This document shows positions 26,441-36,532 of a DNA stretch of 54,188 bases, piece by piece (the first letter of the stretch is position 1; each line of letters opens with the position of its first letter). The stretch is from NCBI GenBank assembly GCA_964642165.1, contig CAZXOC010000007.1, forward strand, positions 2,776 through 56,963, read 5' to 3'. The DNA is from an uncultured Planctomycetaceae bacterium. Lineage in GTDB: Bacteria > Planctomycetota > Phycisphaerae > SM23-33. Position numbers and translations under genes: made by a program. Under the pieces are notes generated by a model. It was not told the DNA's origin and searched no databases. It saw nothing but the letters and a program-made list of their open reading frames with translations.

Positions 26441-28600
26441 ATGAAGATCCGCTGGAAACTGATGATCCTGCTGTTGGCCATCGCCCTGGTGCCGCTGGTG
26501 ATCGCGTCGGCGGTGCACCGGGCCTCCATGCGCCGGCTAGGCCACCGCCTGGCCTCGGGCACGCGGGACATCCTCACGGAGTCGTCCCGCCGACGCCTCC
26601 AGCTCCTGGTGCACAACTACGCCAGGCTGCTGGACCGCGACCGGCAGTTGCTCGAGTTGACGGTGCGGCACCAGGCCGAGGCGATCGAGCGGCGCCTCGC
26701 CGGTGCGGCCCCCGCCGCGCCGCGCCTGGTCTTCTCGCGGGACATGGACCGGGGCGTGAGCCTGCCGCCGGAGATGGAGCGCCCGGACAACCGCTACCAG
26801 TTCCTGCCCGACCGGAAGCGCGTGCCCATGCCCGTGTCGTTCGCGGCGCAGGTGTACTTCGTCGCCGAGGGCGTCGACCGCGCGGCGGCCCTGCCCGACA
26901 TGGCCCGCCTGTCCACCATGCCCGAGGTCTACCGGCTGCTGCGCCGCCAGACGGGCGAGATCCTCTACTGGCAGTACGCGGCGCTGGAGTCGGGCGTGCA
27001 CATGTCCTACCCCGCCCACGGCGGCTATCCGGACGACTACGATCCCCGCCGGCGAGCGTGGTACCGCAGCGCCCGGGACGCCGGCGAGATGATCTGGCAG
27101 CCGCCCATCGTGGACGTCACGACGCGCCAGCCGGTCCTGACCGTCTCCATGCCGTTCCGAGGCCCCCGGGGCAAGATCGCGGGCGTGACGGCCGTCGACG
27201 TGCTGGTGCACGACCTCTTCCAGGACCTGGAGCTGCCCGCGGACTGGCGCGCCGAGGAGGCCACCCTCTTCGTCGCGCCCGCCGGGGCCGACCAGGGCGC
27301 CCCGCCCGGGGCGATGCGGATCCTCGCCGAGAAGGACTACCTCAAGCCGCAGGCCGACTGGCGCAAGCCCTACACGATGCGCCTGCTCGAGTCCCGGGAC
27401 GCCGACGCGCTGGAGGCGCTCAAGGCCGACGCCCTGGCCGGACGCTCCGGCGTGCGCGAGCTGCGCTTCCGCGGCCGCCCGGCGATGTGGGCCTACGGGG
27501 GGAACGCGCCCGGGCATGCCTTCCCCGTCGTCATCGTGCCGACCGAGCGCATCGTCGCCCGGGCCGTCCAGGCCGAAAAGCTCGTCCTCGACCGGACCAT
27601 CGAGGGCCTGCGGCTCACCGGGCTCATCCTGGCGGGGGTGGTGCTGGTCGTGGTGGCCGCCGCGTTCCTCAGCGCGCGGTCGGTGACCCGCCCGGTGAAC
27701 GAGCTGGCCGCCGCGTCGCAGAAGCTGGCCGGGGGCGACTACGACGCGCGGGTCGAGATCCGCACGCGCGACGAGCTCCAGACGCTCGGCGAGGCCTTCA
27801 ACGACATGGGCCCCAAGCTCCACGAGCGCGAGCGCATGAAGCGATCGCTGGAGCTGGCCATGGAGATCCAGCAGCACCTGCTCCCGCAGGAGTCGCCGGA
27901 GCTGGCGGGCTTCGAGATCGCCGGGCGCAGCCTCTACTGCGACGAGACGGGCGGCGACTACTACGACTTCATCGACCTGGTGGACCTGGGCCCCGGCAAG
28001 CTGGGCATCGCCGTCGGCGACGTGACGGGGCACGGGATCGGCGCGGCGCTGCTGATGGCCTCGGCGCGGGCGGTCCTGCGGTCCCAGGCCCCGCGCCACG
28101 GGGCGGAGCTGGGCGAGCTCTTCGGCGACCTGAACCGCCACCTCGTTCGCGACACGGGCGAAGATCGGTTCATGACGCTCTTCTACGGCGTGCTCGACGC
28201 GGCGAGCGGCTCGCTGTGCTGGACGAGCGGCGGGCACGACCCGCCCCTCTGGCTGCGGCGCGCCACCGGCGAGATCGAGGAGCTGCCCAACGCGGGCATC
28301 CCGCTGGGCATCCTGGACGAGGCGGCCTACCGGCGCGACGGGCCCGTCACGCTCGAAGCCGGCGACGTGCTCCTCATCGGCACCGACGGCATCTGGGAGG
28401 CCCAGGACCCGCGCGGCGGCATGTTCGGCAAGCACCGCCTGCGAAGCGTCCTTCAGGCCTGCGCCGACGACTCCGCCGAGGACATCCACGACGCCGTCGT
28501 CCAGGCCGTCCGCGACTTTCGCGGCCCGGAGCCCCAGGCCGACGACATCACCCTCGTGGTCATCAAGGCCCTGTCGCACGGCGCGCGGGGTTGTACATAG
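26441..28600 (+). CDS. Membrane sensor phosphatase: Cache + HAMP + SpoIIE/PP2C (RsbU-like)
   Basis: Two TM helices; YDPRRRAWY (Cache); TRDELQTLGEAFNDM (HAMP); EIQQHLLP, GGDYYDF, GDVTGHG, GTDGIWEA, DDITLVVIK. Confidence 0.93.
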   Translation: MKIRWKLMILLLAIALVPLVIASAVHRASMRRLGHRLASGTRDILTESSRRRLQLLVHNYARLLDRDRQLLELTVRHQAEAIERRLAGAAPAAPRLVFSRDMDRGVSLPPEMERPDNRYQFLPDRKRVPMPVSFAAQVYFVAEGVDRAAALPDMARLSTMPEVYRLLRRQTGEILYWQYAALESGVHMSYPAHGGYPDDYDPRRRAWYRSARDAGEMIWQPPIVDVTTRQPVLTVSMPFRGPRGKIAGVTAVDVLVHDLFQDLELPADWRAEEATLFVAPAGADQGAPPGAMRILAEKDYLKPQADWRKPYTMRLLESRDADALEALKADALAGRSGVRELRFRGRPAMWAYGGNAPGHAFPVVIVPTERIVARAVQAEKLVLDRTIEGLRLTGLILAGVVLVVVAAAFLSARSVTRPVNELAAASQKLAGGDYDARVEIRTRDELQTLGEAFNDMGPKLHERERMKRSLELAMEIQQHLLPQESPELAGFEIAGRSLYCDETGGDYYDFIDLVDLGPGKLGIAVGDVTGHGIGAALLMASARAVLRSQAPRHGAELGELFGDLNRHLVRDTGEDRFMTLFYGVLDAASGSLCWTSGGHDPPLWLRRATGEIEELPNAGIPLGILDEAAYRRDGPVTLEAGDVLLIGTDGIWEAQDPRGGMFGKHRLRSVLQACADDSAEDIHDAVVQAVRDFRGPEPQADDITLVVIKALSHGARGCT

Positions 28601-28652
28601 GGACCGGCGGACCAACGCGAGAGACCGCCCCGGCAGGAAGGAGACGCGAACC

Positions 28653-30287
28653 ATGTGGATTCGGCACATCGGGAGAGTGGCGGGCGTGACGGCGCTTCTG
28701 CTGGCGGCTGCGGCGCAGGCCGCGGCGCCGGCGAGGAAGGCCAAGCGGGCCAAGAGGCCCAAGCGAGAGACGCAGTACAAGAAGTTCGGCCGGGCCGCCA
28801 TCACGCAGATCACGGAAGGCCGGGCGGGCGCGGCCATCAAGGCCCTCGAGCAGCGTCTCGCCGCGGAGCCCGGCGACCTGGAATGCCTCTACGGGCTGGC
28901 CGTCGCGCACGCCCGGCAGAAGGAGGTGGAGGAGGCCCTCGCCTGCGCGAGGAAGGCCGTCGAGGCCGGCCTGCCCATCGGGCGCTTCCACGCCGGGCCG
29001 CGCAACCTGCTCAAGCCGCTTCTCGACAGCGAGGCTTTCCGGGCCTTCGCGGCCGGGCACGTCGTCGAGCTGATCCACGGCCCGATGCTGGGCTCGGTGA
29101 CCGACACCCGGGCGCGCCTCTGGGTGCGCACGGTGCACGAGGTGCCCGTGCAGATGCTCGCGGCGCCCGCCGGGGGCGCGGGCGAGCCGATCCGCTCGCG
29201 GGTGGTGAAGACGCGGGCGGCGAGCGACTTCACGGCCGTCGTCGAGGTGACCGGCCTGGCGCCGGCGACGCGGTACCACTACGAGCTTCGCGTCGGCGGC
29301 AAGCCGGTGGCGATCGATCCGCGCCCGTCGTTCCGCACGTTCCCCAGGCCCGGCGAGCGGAGCCGCTTCCAGGTCGTCTTCGGCGGCGGCGCGGGCTACA
29401 CGCCCAAGCACGAGCGCATGTGGAACACGCTGGCCGCCCACAAGCCGACGGCCTTCCTGACGCTCGGCGACAACGTCTACATCGACACGCCCAAGGTGCC
29501 CGAGACGCAGCGCTACTGCTACTACCGCCGGCAGAGCCGACCCGAGTACCGGCGCTTCGTCGCGTCCTGCCCGAGCTTCTCGATCTGGGACGACCACGAC
29601 TTCGGCACGAACGACTGCCTGGGCTCGGCGGGCATCGACGAGCCGCCGTGGAAGGTGCCCGTCTGGCGGCTCTACCGGGAGAACTGGGTCAACCCGTCCT
29701 ACGGCGGCGGCGAGAAGCAGCCCGGCGTGTGGTACCAGTTCGCCATCGGCGACGTGGACTTCTTCATGCTGGACTGCCGCTTCTACCGCGTGCGGCCGAA
29801 GGGCGGCCGGGGGACCATGCTCGGGCCCGCCCAGAAGAAGTGGTTCCTCGACCGGCTCGGCAAGGCCAAGGGCACGTTCAAGGTCCTCGCCTCGTCCGTG
29901 CCGTGGTCCAAGGGCACGAAGGGCGGCAGCAAGGACACGTGGGACGGCTTCCCCGAGGAGCGGGAGGAGATCTTCTCCTTCATCCGGAAGAACCGCGTCG
30001 AGGGCGTGTTCCTGATCTCCGCCGACCGCCACCGCTCCGACGCGTACAAGACCGAGCGCGAGGGGGGCTACCCGCTGTACGAGGCCAGCAGCTCCAAGCT
30101 CACCAACATCCACACGCACGGGCTGATCAAGCACGCCCTGTTCGGCTACAACAAGAAGTGCTCGTTGGCCCTGCTGACGTTCGACACGACCCGGGGCGAT
30201 CCCGAGCTGACCTACCAGGTCATCAACATCGACGACGAGCCGATCCACACGCTGAAGCTCAAGCGGAGTGAGCTTTCGTTCAAGTAG
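28653..30287 (+). CDS. PhoD-family alkaline phosphatase/phosphodiesterase with an N-terminal TPR-like region
   Basis: GPMLG, LGDNVYID, WDDHDFG, LDCRFYR, MLGPAQKKW, DTWDGF, ISADRH; signal peptide. Confidence 0.88.
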   Translation: MWIRHIGRVAGVTALLLAAAAQAAAPARKAKRAKRPKRETQYKKFGRAAITQITEGRAGAAIKALEQRLAAEPGDLECLYGLAVAHARQKEVEEALACARKAVEAGLPIGRFHAGPRNLLKPLLDSEAFRAFAAGHVVELIHGPMLGSVTDTRARLWVRTVHEVPVQMLAAPAGGAGEPIRSRVVKTRAASDFTAVVEVTGLAPATRYHYELRVGGKPVAIDPRPSFRTFPRPGERSRFQVVFGGGAGYTPKHERMWNTLAAHKPTAFLTLGDNVYIDTPKVPETQRYCYYRRQSRPEYRRFVASCPSFSIWDDHDFGTNDCLGSAGIDEPPWKVPVWRLYRENWVNPSYGGGEKQPGVWYQFAIGDVDFFMLDCRFYRVRPKGGRGTMLGPAQKKWFLDRLGKAKGTFKVLASSVPWSKGTKGGSKDTWDGFPEEREEIFSFIRKNRVEGVFLISADRHRSDAYKTEREGGYPLYEASSSKLTNIHTHGLIKHALFGYNKKCSLALLTFDTTRGDPELTYQVINIDDEPIHTLKLKRSELSFK

Positions 30288-30337
30288 CCAAGCGGCGTTC
30301 GCCGCAGACGCGCAGGGACAGGAAAGGGCCCATTGCG

Positions 30338-31969
30338 ATGGCGACAACACGTCGGGAGTTCCTGAGGGCGGCGGGCCTGGGCGCCGCGGCGCTGGCCGCC
30401 CGCCGGCTCCCGTGCGGGGCGGCGGCTCCCGCGACCCCGCGGCGCTGGAACGTGCTCTGGATCAGTTGCGAGGACACGAGCTGCGACCTGGGCTGCTACG
30501 GCGACACGTACGCCGAGACGCCCCACCTCGACCGCCTCGCCGCGGAGGGCTGCCGCTACAGCCACGCCTTCGTGCCCTACCCCGTCTGCGCGCCGACCCG
30601 ATCGGCCGTCATCACCGGCATGTTCCCCAGCACGCTCGGCACGATGCACATGCGGACGTCGATGAAGGGCTACCAGGCCGTCCCGCCCCCCAAGGTGAGG
30701 TGCTTCCCCGAGTACCTCCGTGCCGCCGGCTACCACTGCACGAACCACCGCAAGACGGACTACCAGTTCGCCGTGCCGTTCACCACCTGGGACAAGGGGC
30801 GCGACTGGCGCTCGCGCGGCGAGGGCACGGCGTTCTTCAGCGTCATCAACCTCACGGTGAGCCACGAGTCGCGGAACTGGCCTCGCAAGGGCGAGACGCT
30901 CCGCCACGACCCCGCCAAGGCGCCCCTGCCGCCCTACTGGCCCGACACGCCCGTCGTCCGGCGAAACCTCGCCCGCTACTACGACAACGTCACACGGATG
31001 GACCAGCAGGCGGGGGAGATCCTCCAACGGCTCGAGGCCGACGGGCTCGCCGAGTCCACCGTGGTGTTCTTCTGGAGCGACCACGGGCGAGGGCTGCCGC
31101 GGCACAAGCGGTGGGTCTACGACTCCGGCATCCACGTGCCGCTGATCGTCCGCTGGCCCGGGCGCGTCAAGGGCGGCACGGTCTGCGACGACCTCGTCAG
31201 CCTGGTCGACCTCGGGGCCACCGTGCTGAGCGTTGCAAACCTGCCCGTGCCGCCGCACATGCAGGGCCGGGCGTTCCTGGGGCCCCGCAAGGCCGCGCCG
31301 CGAACCTTCCTCGTCGCCGGGCGCGAACGCATGGACCTCCACAGCGACGACCACATCCGCTGCGTCCGCGACAAGCGCTACAAGTACATCCGCAACTTCA
31401 TGCCCGAGAAGCCCTACGCCCAGCCCATCCCCTACCGCGACCGGATGCCCATCATGAAGGAGTGGCGGCGCCTGCACGCCGAGGGCAAGCTCACCGGGCC
31501 CCAGAAGCTCTTCTTCCGGCAGACCAAGCCGAAGGAGGAGCTGTACGACGTCCGGGCCGATCCGCACGAGATCCACAACCTGGCCGGCTCGGCCGAGCAC
31601 CGGGACGTCCTTCGGCGGATGCGGGACCGGCTGGCGACGTGGAGCAAGGAGACCGGCGACCTGGGCGGCACGCCGGAGGACGAGCTGATCGAGCGGATGT
31701 GGCCCGGGCGCAAGCAGCCCGTGACGGCCGATCCCGTCATCCGGGTCACCGGGGTGGAAGGCGGCGCGGCCGAGGTACGCATCGCCTGCGCCACGAAGGG
31801 CGCGTCCATCGGGTACCGCCTCGGGGCGGACCAGCGCTGGCTGATCTACACCGGTCCCTTCACCGTAACGAGCGGCACGGCGGTGGAGGCCAAGGCGATC
31901 CGCATCGGCTACAAGCCCAGCGCCGAGGTGACGAGGAAGGCGATCGCCGTCGACAAGGCCAGGCCATGA
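30338..31969 (+). CDS. Tat-exported formylglycine-dependent (S1) sulfatase with a C-terminal chitobiase/FN3-like domain
   Basis: TRREFL; NVLWISCED; CAPTR (CxPxR); SDHG; EELYD. Confidence 0.93.
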   Translation: MATTRREFLRAAGLGAAALAARRLPCGAAAPATPRRWNVLWISCEDTSCDLGCYGDTYAETPHLDRLAAEGCRYSHAFVPYPVCAPTRSAVITGMFPSTLGTMHMRTSMKGYQAVPPPKVRCFPEYLRAAGYHCTNHRKTDYQFAVPFTTWDKGRDWRSRGEGTAFFSVINLTVSHESRNWPRKGETLRHDPAKAPLPPYWPDTPVVRRNLARYYDNVTRMDQQAGEILQRLEADGLAESTVVFFWSDHGRGLPRHKRWVYDSGIHVPLIVRWPGRVKGGTVCDDLVSLVDLGATVLSVANLPVPPHMQGRAFLGPRKAAPRTFLVAGRERMDLHSDDHIRCVRDKRYKYIRNFMPEKPYAQPIPYRDRMPIMKEWRRLHAEGKLTGPQKLFFRQTKPKEELYDVRADPHEIHNLAGSAEHRDVLRRMRDRLATWSKETGDLGGTPEDELIERMWPGRKQPVTADPVIRVTGVEGGAAEVRIACATKGASIGYRLGADQRWLIYTGPFTVTSGTAVEAKAIRIGYKPSAEVTRKAIAVDKARP

Positions 31970-33999
31970 CCGCACGTGCGAGGACGCGTCGTGAGTTCCT
32001 GAAGGCCGCGGGGATGGCGGCGGCGTCGCTGGCGACGTCGCGGTGCTTGTCGGCCGGGTCCCCCGGGAAGCGAAGGCCCAACTTCGTCGTCGTCTTCACC
32101 GACGACCAGGGCTACAACGACGTGGGGTGCTTCGGCTCGGCGCAGATCCGCACGCCGCGTCTGGACCGCATGGCCGCCGAGGGCATGCGACTGACGAGCT
32201 TCTACGCCCAGGCGGTTTGCGGCCCGTCGCGGGCGGCGCTGATGACCGGCTGCTACCCCATCCGCATCGCCGAGCCGGGCAACCGCAAGAACCAGCACAC
32301 CGTCCTGCACCCGAAGGAGGTCACGCTGGCGGAGGTCCTGCGGGGCGCGGGCTACGCGACGGCGTGCATCGGCAAGTGGCACCTGGCCGGGGGCGGCGCC
32401 GGCGGTAAGGGGCGCGGGCCGTTCCCCCCGGAGCGGATGCCCACCGCCCAGGGCTTCGAGAGCTTCTTCGGCACGCCGCTGCACAACGGCTTCACGCGCC
32501 GGCCCGATCCCAGGCGCTTCGTCACGCAGCTCCTGCGCGGCGAGAAGGTCGTCGAGTCCCCCGCGGACCTGAACACGCTGACGCGGCGCTACACGGAGGA
32601 GGCGGTCCGGTTCGTCCGGGCCCACAAGGACCGCCCGTTCTTCCTGTACCTGGCCCACAACATGCCGCACGTGCCGCTGGGCGCGTCGGAGGCGTTCCGC
32701 GGCCGCTCCAAGCGCGGGCTGTACGGCGACGTCATCGAGGAGATCGACTGGAGCGTCGGGCGCGTCCTGGACACGCTGAAGGAGCTGGGGCTGGACGACC
32801 ACACGCTGGTCGTGTTCACGTCCGACAACGGCCCGTGGATCGAGAAGCACATCGGCGATTACGGCGGCAGCGCCGATCCGCTTCGCGGCTCGAAGATGAT
32901 GACGTGGGACGGCGGCCTGCGCGTTCCCTGCATCGTCCGCTGGCCCGGGCGCGTGCCCGCGGGGCGGACCTGCGACGAGATCGCCACCACGATGGACCTG
33001 CTGCCGACCTTCGCCAAGCTCGCCGGGGCGAAGCCGCCCCCCGGCCGAAAGCTCGACGGCATCGACATCGCCCCGCTGATCACCGGCCGCAGCGGGGCCG
33101 CCGGGCACGACGTGTTCTACTACTACTGCTACACGCATCTCCAGGCCGTGCGGACGAAGCGGTGGAAGCTGGTCCTGCCGCGTCCGGCGCGGCCGCCGTG
33201 GACGGGCTGGTCGGCGCGGATGGTCGACGCCGTGCCGGCGCCGCAGCTCTACGACCTGGAGGCCGACGTGGGCGAGAAGCGTGACCTGGCCGCCCGGCAC
33301 CCGGAGGTCGTCGCGGAGCTGAGGAAGCTCGTCGAGCGGGCGCGCCGGGACCTGGGCGACCACGACCGCGTCGGCGAAGGCGCGCGGTTCTTCGACGGCC
33401 CGCCGCCGACCTCCGCCGACGAGCGCGACGGCCGCCGGCGCGCGCCCCGCGGGCGAGCCAAGGTCGTCTACGACCACCCCGAGCCCGTCGGGAACCTGCG
33501 GTGGGACTTCGAGACGGGCGACCTCCAGGGCTGGCGGATCGTCGAGGGCAGCTTCGAGGCCCCCGTCAGCGGGCGCGAGCGGTTCCACCACCTCAACGGG
33601 GGCGCCAAGCACAACAAGCAGGGCCGGTACTTCCTGACCACGCTGGAGCGTGCCGCCGGCGGCAAGGGCAAGGACGCCCAGACCGGCGTGATCGAGTCGC
33701 CCGTCTTCACGCTGGCGGGCGCGACGATGAGCTTCCTGGTCGGCGGCGGCGCCCACGCGAAGACGTACGTCGCCCTCTGCGACGCCCAGAGCGGCAAGGA
33801 GCTGCGCACGGCCCGCGGGGCCCGCAGCGAGGCCATGCAACGCAGGAACTGGGACGTCGGGGCCTACAAGGGCCGCCAGCTCTTCCTCCGCGTCGTGGAC
33901 GCAAGCACCGGCCCCTGGGGCCACGTGACCTTCGACGACTTCTCCACGGAGGGCGAAATCGACCCGAGGGCCACGGCCCGGCGGCGGAGCGAACAATGA
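31966..33999 (+). CDS. Tat-exported S1 sulfatase with an extra C-terminal beta-sandwich domain
   Basis: Start MTARARTRREFL (ATGA overlap with the previous stop); DDQGYND, CGPSR, GKWHL, SDNGPW; C-terminal WDFETGDLQGW...SFLVGGG...WGHVTFDDF domain. Confidence 0.92.
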   Translation: MTARARTRREFLKAAGMAAASLATSRCLSAGSPGKRRPNFVVVFTDDQGYNDVGCFGSAQIRTPRLDRMAAEGMRLTSFYAQAVCGPSRAALMTGCYPIRIAEPGNRKNQHTVLHPKEVTLAEVLRGAGYATACIGKWHLAGGGAGGKGRGPFPPERMPTAQGFESFFGTPLHNGFTRRPDPRRFVTQLLRGEKVVESPADLNTLTRRYTEEAVRFVRAHKDRPFFLYLAHNMPHVPLGASEAFRGRSKRGLYGDVIEEIDWSVGRVLDTLKELGLDDHTLVVFTSDNGPWIEKHIGDYGGSADPLRGSKMMTWDGGLRVPCIVRWPGRVPAGRTCDEIATTMDLLPTFAKLAGAKPPPGRKLDGIDIAPLITGRSGAAGHDVFYYYCYTHLQAVRTKRWKLVLPRPARPPWTGWSARMVDAVPAPQLYDLEADVGEKRDLAARHPEVVAELRKLVERARRDLGDHDRVGEGARFFDGPPPTSADERDGRRRAPRGRAKVVYDHPEPVGNLRWDFETGDLQGWRIVEGSFEAPVSGRERFHHLNGGAKHNKQGRYFLTTLERAAGGKGKDAQTGVIESPVFTLAGATMSFLVGGGAHAKTYVALCDAQSGKELRTARGARSEAMQRRNWDVGAYKGRQLFLRVVDASTGPWGHVTFDDFSTEGEIDPRATARRRSEQ

Positions 34000-36470
34000 T
34001 CGCTCCAGCGGCGGCGGCGATCCTCCTGCTGATCCCACCGGGCGCGGCGCCCGCCCCCCCGCGCGAGGCCGCCTCGCGCGAGGCGATCGAGCGCGACTGG
34101 ATGCTCCAGGATTCCACGAGCATCGACCTGCCGGAGGAGCTGGAGCGGGCCCGGCGGGAGTGGCGCCGCCGGCACCTCAAGGCCAACGAGTCTATGGCCG
34201 AGGCGCCGGTCCCGGAGCGCCTGGCGTGCTTCGTGAGCGATCGCGAGTCCGTCGTGGAGCGGCGGATGATCGATCGCGTGCTGGCGGAACTGGCGGAGGA
34301 GGGCGAGCCGATCCGCAGCGGCGCGCGCCGTCTGGGGCTCGCGCGGGCCCCCGGCAGCGACCCCCGCTGGCGGCGGCTGTACCTTCGCGCCTGCGAGCTG
34401 CGCCGCGGGAGGCGGCTGGCGCCGCTGCTGGCGCGGTGGAGGCGGTTCGTCTTCAACCAGCACCGCCACATCAAGGGGAGCTGGAAGTACACGGAGGGGC
34501 TCTCCAACGCCGGCGCGTATCGCTTCTTCGCGCCGGGCGCCTCGCTGAACGTCCTGGAGATGGACGGCCCGTACGGCACGGTGCGCACGCTCCTGGCCGA
34601 CGCCGACGGCGTGCTGCGCAACCCCGACGTATCCTACGACGGCCGTCGCCTCCTCTTCGCCTGGAAGAAGTCCGACCGCGGCGACGACTACCACCTCTAC
34701 GAGATGGACCTCGCCACACGCCAGGTCCGCCAGCTCACCTCCGGCGAGCAGCTTGCCGACTACGAGGGCGTCTACCTGCCCGACGGCAACATCGTCTTCA
34801 GCTCGACGCGGTGCATCCAATCCGTCGACTGCAACTGGGTGGAGGTCAGCAACCTGTTCCTCATGGATCGCCGCGGGCGCTACATCCGGCGGATCGGCTT
34901 CGACCAGGTGCACACGATCTTCCCCACGGTGACGGACGACGGGCGCGTGCTCTACACGAGATGGGAGTACAACGACCGAGCCCAGATTTACCCCCAGCCG
35001 CTGTTCCAGATGAACCTCGACGGGACGAACCAGCGCGAGCTCTACGGCGGCAGCAGTTGGTTCCCCACGAACATCATCCACGCGCGGAAGCTGCCCGGGT
35101 CGGACAAGGTGGTGGCGATCGTGACCGGCCACCACACGCCGGCTCACGGCAAGCTGGCGCTGATCGACCCGGCCCGCGGTCGGCAGGAGGGCCGCGGCGT
35201 GCAGTTGCTCGCCCCGCGCCGCAGGATCCAGCCCGTTCGCGTCGACCGGTACGCCCAGAGCGGCTGCCAGTTCCAGTACCCCTATCCGCTGAGCGAGGAG
35301 CAGTTCCTGGTGACACTGGCGCTGCCGACGCCGCGGGGGAAGCTCGGGCGCTTCAGCATCTACCTGGTCGACCTCGACGGTCGGCGCGAGCTGCTGGTGG
35401 AGGGAGACGGCACGGGCCAGGGCGTCGGGTGCCGGCAGATCGTGCCGCTGCATCCGCGAACGGGCTTCGCCGCGCGGGCCAGCAGCGTCGACTATCGGAA
35501 GACAACGGGGACCTTCTACGTGCAGGACGTCCACGAGGGCCCCGGCCTGGCGGGCGTTGCCCGCGGCACGATCCGGCGCCTGCGCGTGGTGGCGCTTCGG
35601 TACCGCGCCGCGGCGATCGGCAGCACGGGCCAGCGGGGGGCCGGGGGCAGCTCGACGGTGACCACGCCGGTCGCCGTCGCCAACGGCTCCTGGGACGTGA
35701 AGGTCGTGCTCGGCAGCGCCACGGTGCACGAGGACGGCTCGGCGCTGTTTCGCGTCCCCGCGCGAACGCCCATCTACTTCCAGGCGCTCGACGCCAACGG
35801 CCACGCCGCGCAGACCATGCGGAGCTGGGCGACGCTCATGCCGGGCGAGAACTTCTCCTGCGTCGGGTGCCACGAGCACAAGAACAGCACCGCCCGCGCC
35901 CGGCGCGAGGTCACGCGGGCGCTTCGCGCCGGGCCGCAGCCGCTCGAGCCGTTCTACGGACCGCCGCGGGGGTTCAGCTTCCCGGCGGAGATCCAGCCGA
36001 TCCTCGACAGGCACTGCACGCGCTGCCACACCGGCCGGAAGGGCAAGCCCTTCAGCCTGTCGGGCGAAACGGTCCTCCTGCCCAAGATGAAGCGAAGGTT
36101 CAGCCGGTCCTACCTGGCGCTGACGCACGCCCGCGGGCCCAAGGGCGACTGCAACCACCCGGTGGTCAACTGGATCGACTGCATGTCCGGCCCGGCGATG
36201 CTGCCGCCGTACCACCGCGGGGCGGCCAGGAGCCGGCTGGTCGCGATGCTCGAGAAGCGCCACAACGACGTGAGCCTCTCCCGCGAGGAGAGGGACAAGA
36301 TCGCCTGCTGGATCGACCTGCTGGTGCCCTACTGCGGCGACTACCGCGAGGCCAACGCCTGGACGCCGGCCGACAGGCGAGAGTACGATCGCTACGAGCA
36401 GAGACGGATGGAGATGGAGGCCGAGGAACGCCGCAGCATCCGGCAGCTCATCGCGTCGGAGGCGCGATGA
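33996..36470 (+). CDS. HzsA-like protein (TolB-type beta-propeller, hydrazine synthase alpha middle domain, two CxxCH motifs)
   Basis: PDVSYDG, LPDGNIVFSSTR, LYTRWEY, YFQALD...QTMRSW...PGE..SCVGCHE, IQPILDRHCTRCH. Confidence 0.85.
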   Translation: MIAPAAAAILLLIPPGAAPAPPREAASREAIERDWMLQDSTSIDLPEELERARREWRRRHLKANESMAEAPVPERLACFVSDRESVVERRMIDRVLAELAEEGEPIRSGARRLGLARAPGSDPRWRRLYLRACELRRGRRLAPLLARWRRFVFNQHRHIKGSWKYTEGLSNAGAYRFFAPGASLNVLEMDGPYGTVRTLLADADGVLRNPDVSYDGRRLLFAWKKSDRGDDYHLYEMDLATRQVRQLTSGEQLADYEGVYLPDGNIVFSSTRCIQSVDCNWVEVSNLFLMDRRGRYIRRIGFDQVHTIFPTVTDDGRVLYTRWEYNDRAQIYPQPLFQMNLDGTNQRELYGGSSWFPTNIIHARKLPGSDKVVAIVTGHHTPAHGKLALIDPARGRQEGRGVQLLAPRRRIQPVRVDRYAQSGCQFQYPYPLSEEQFLVTLALPTPRGKLGRFSIYLVDLDGRRELLVEGDGTGQGVGCRQIVPLHPRTGFAARASSVDYRKTTGTFYVQDVHEGPGLAGVARGTIRRLRVVALRYRAAAIGSTGQRGAGGSSTVTTPVAVANGSWDVKVVLGSATVHEDGSALFRVPARTPIYFQALDANGHAAQTMRSWATLMPGENFSCVGCHEHKNSTARARREVTRALRAGPQPLEPFYGPPRGFSFPAEIQPILDRHCTRCHTGRKGKPFSLSGETVLLPKMKRRFSRSYLALTHARGPKGDCNHPVVNWIDCMSGPAMLPPYHRGAARSRLVAMLEKRHNDVSLSREERDKIACWIDLLVPYCGDYREANAWTPADRREYDRYEQRRMEMEAEERRSIRQLIASEAR

Positions 36471-36532
36471 CGCGGCCCGCGGCGGCGCCCCGGCCGGCGG
36501 AGACAGCCAGACTTACTACAGGGAGCAGAGAC

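Noticed and set aside
33996-36470. Evidence for anammox (true hydrazine synthase)
   Set aside because: No hzsB/hzsC or hao/hdh nearby; the context is heterotrophic glycan catabolism.
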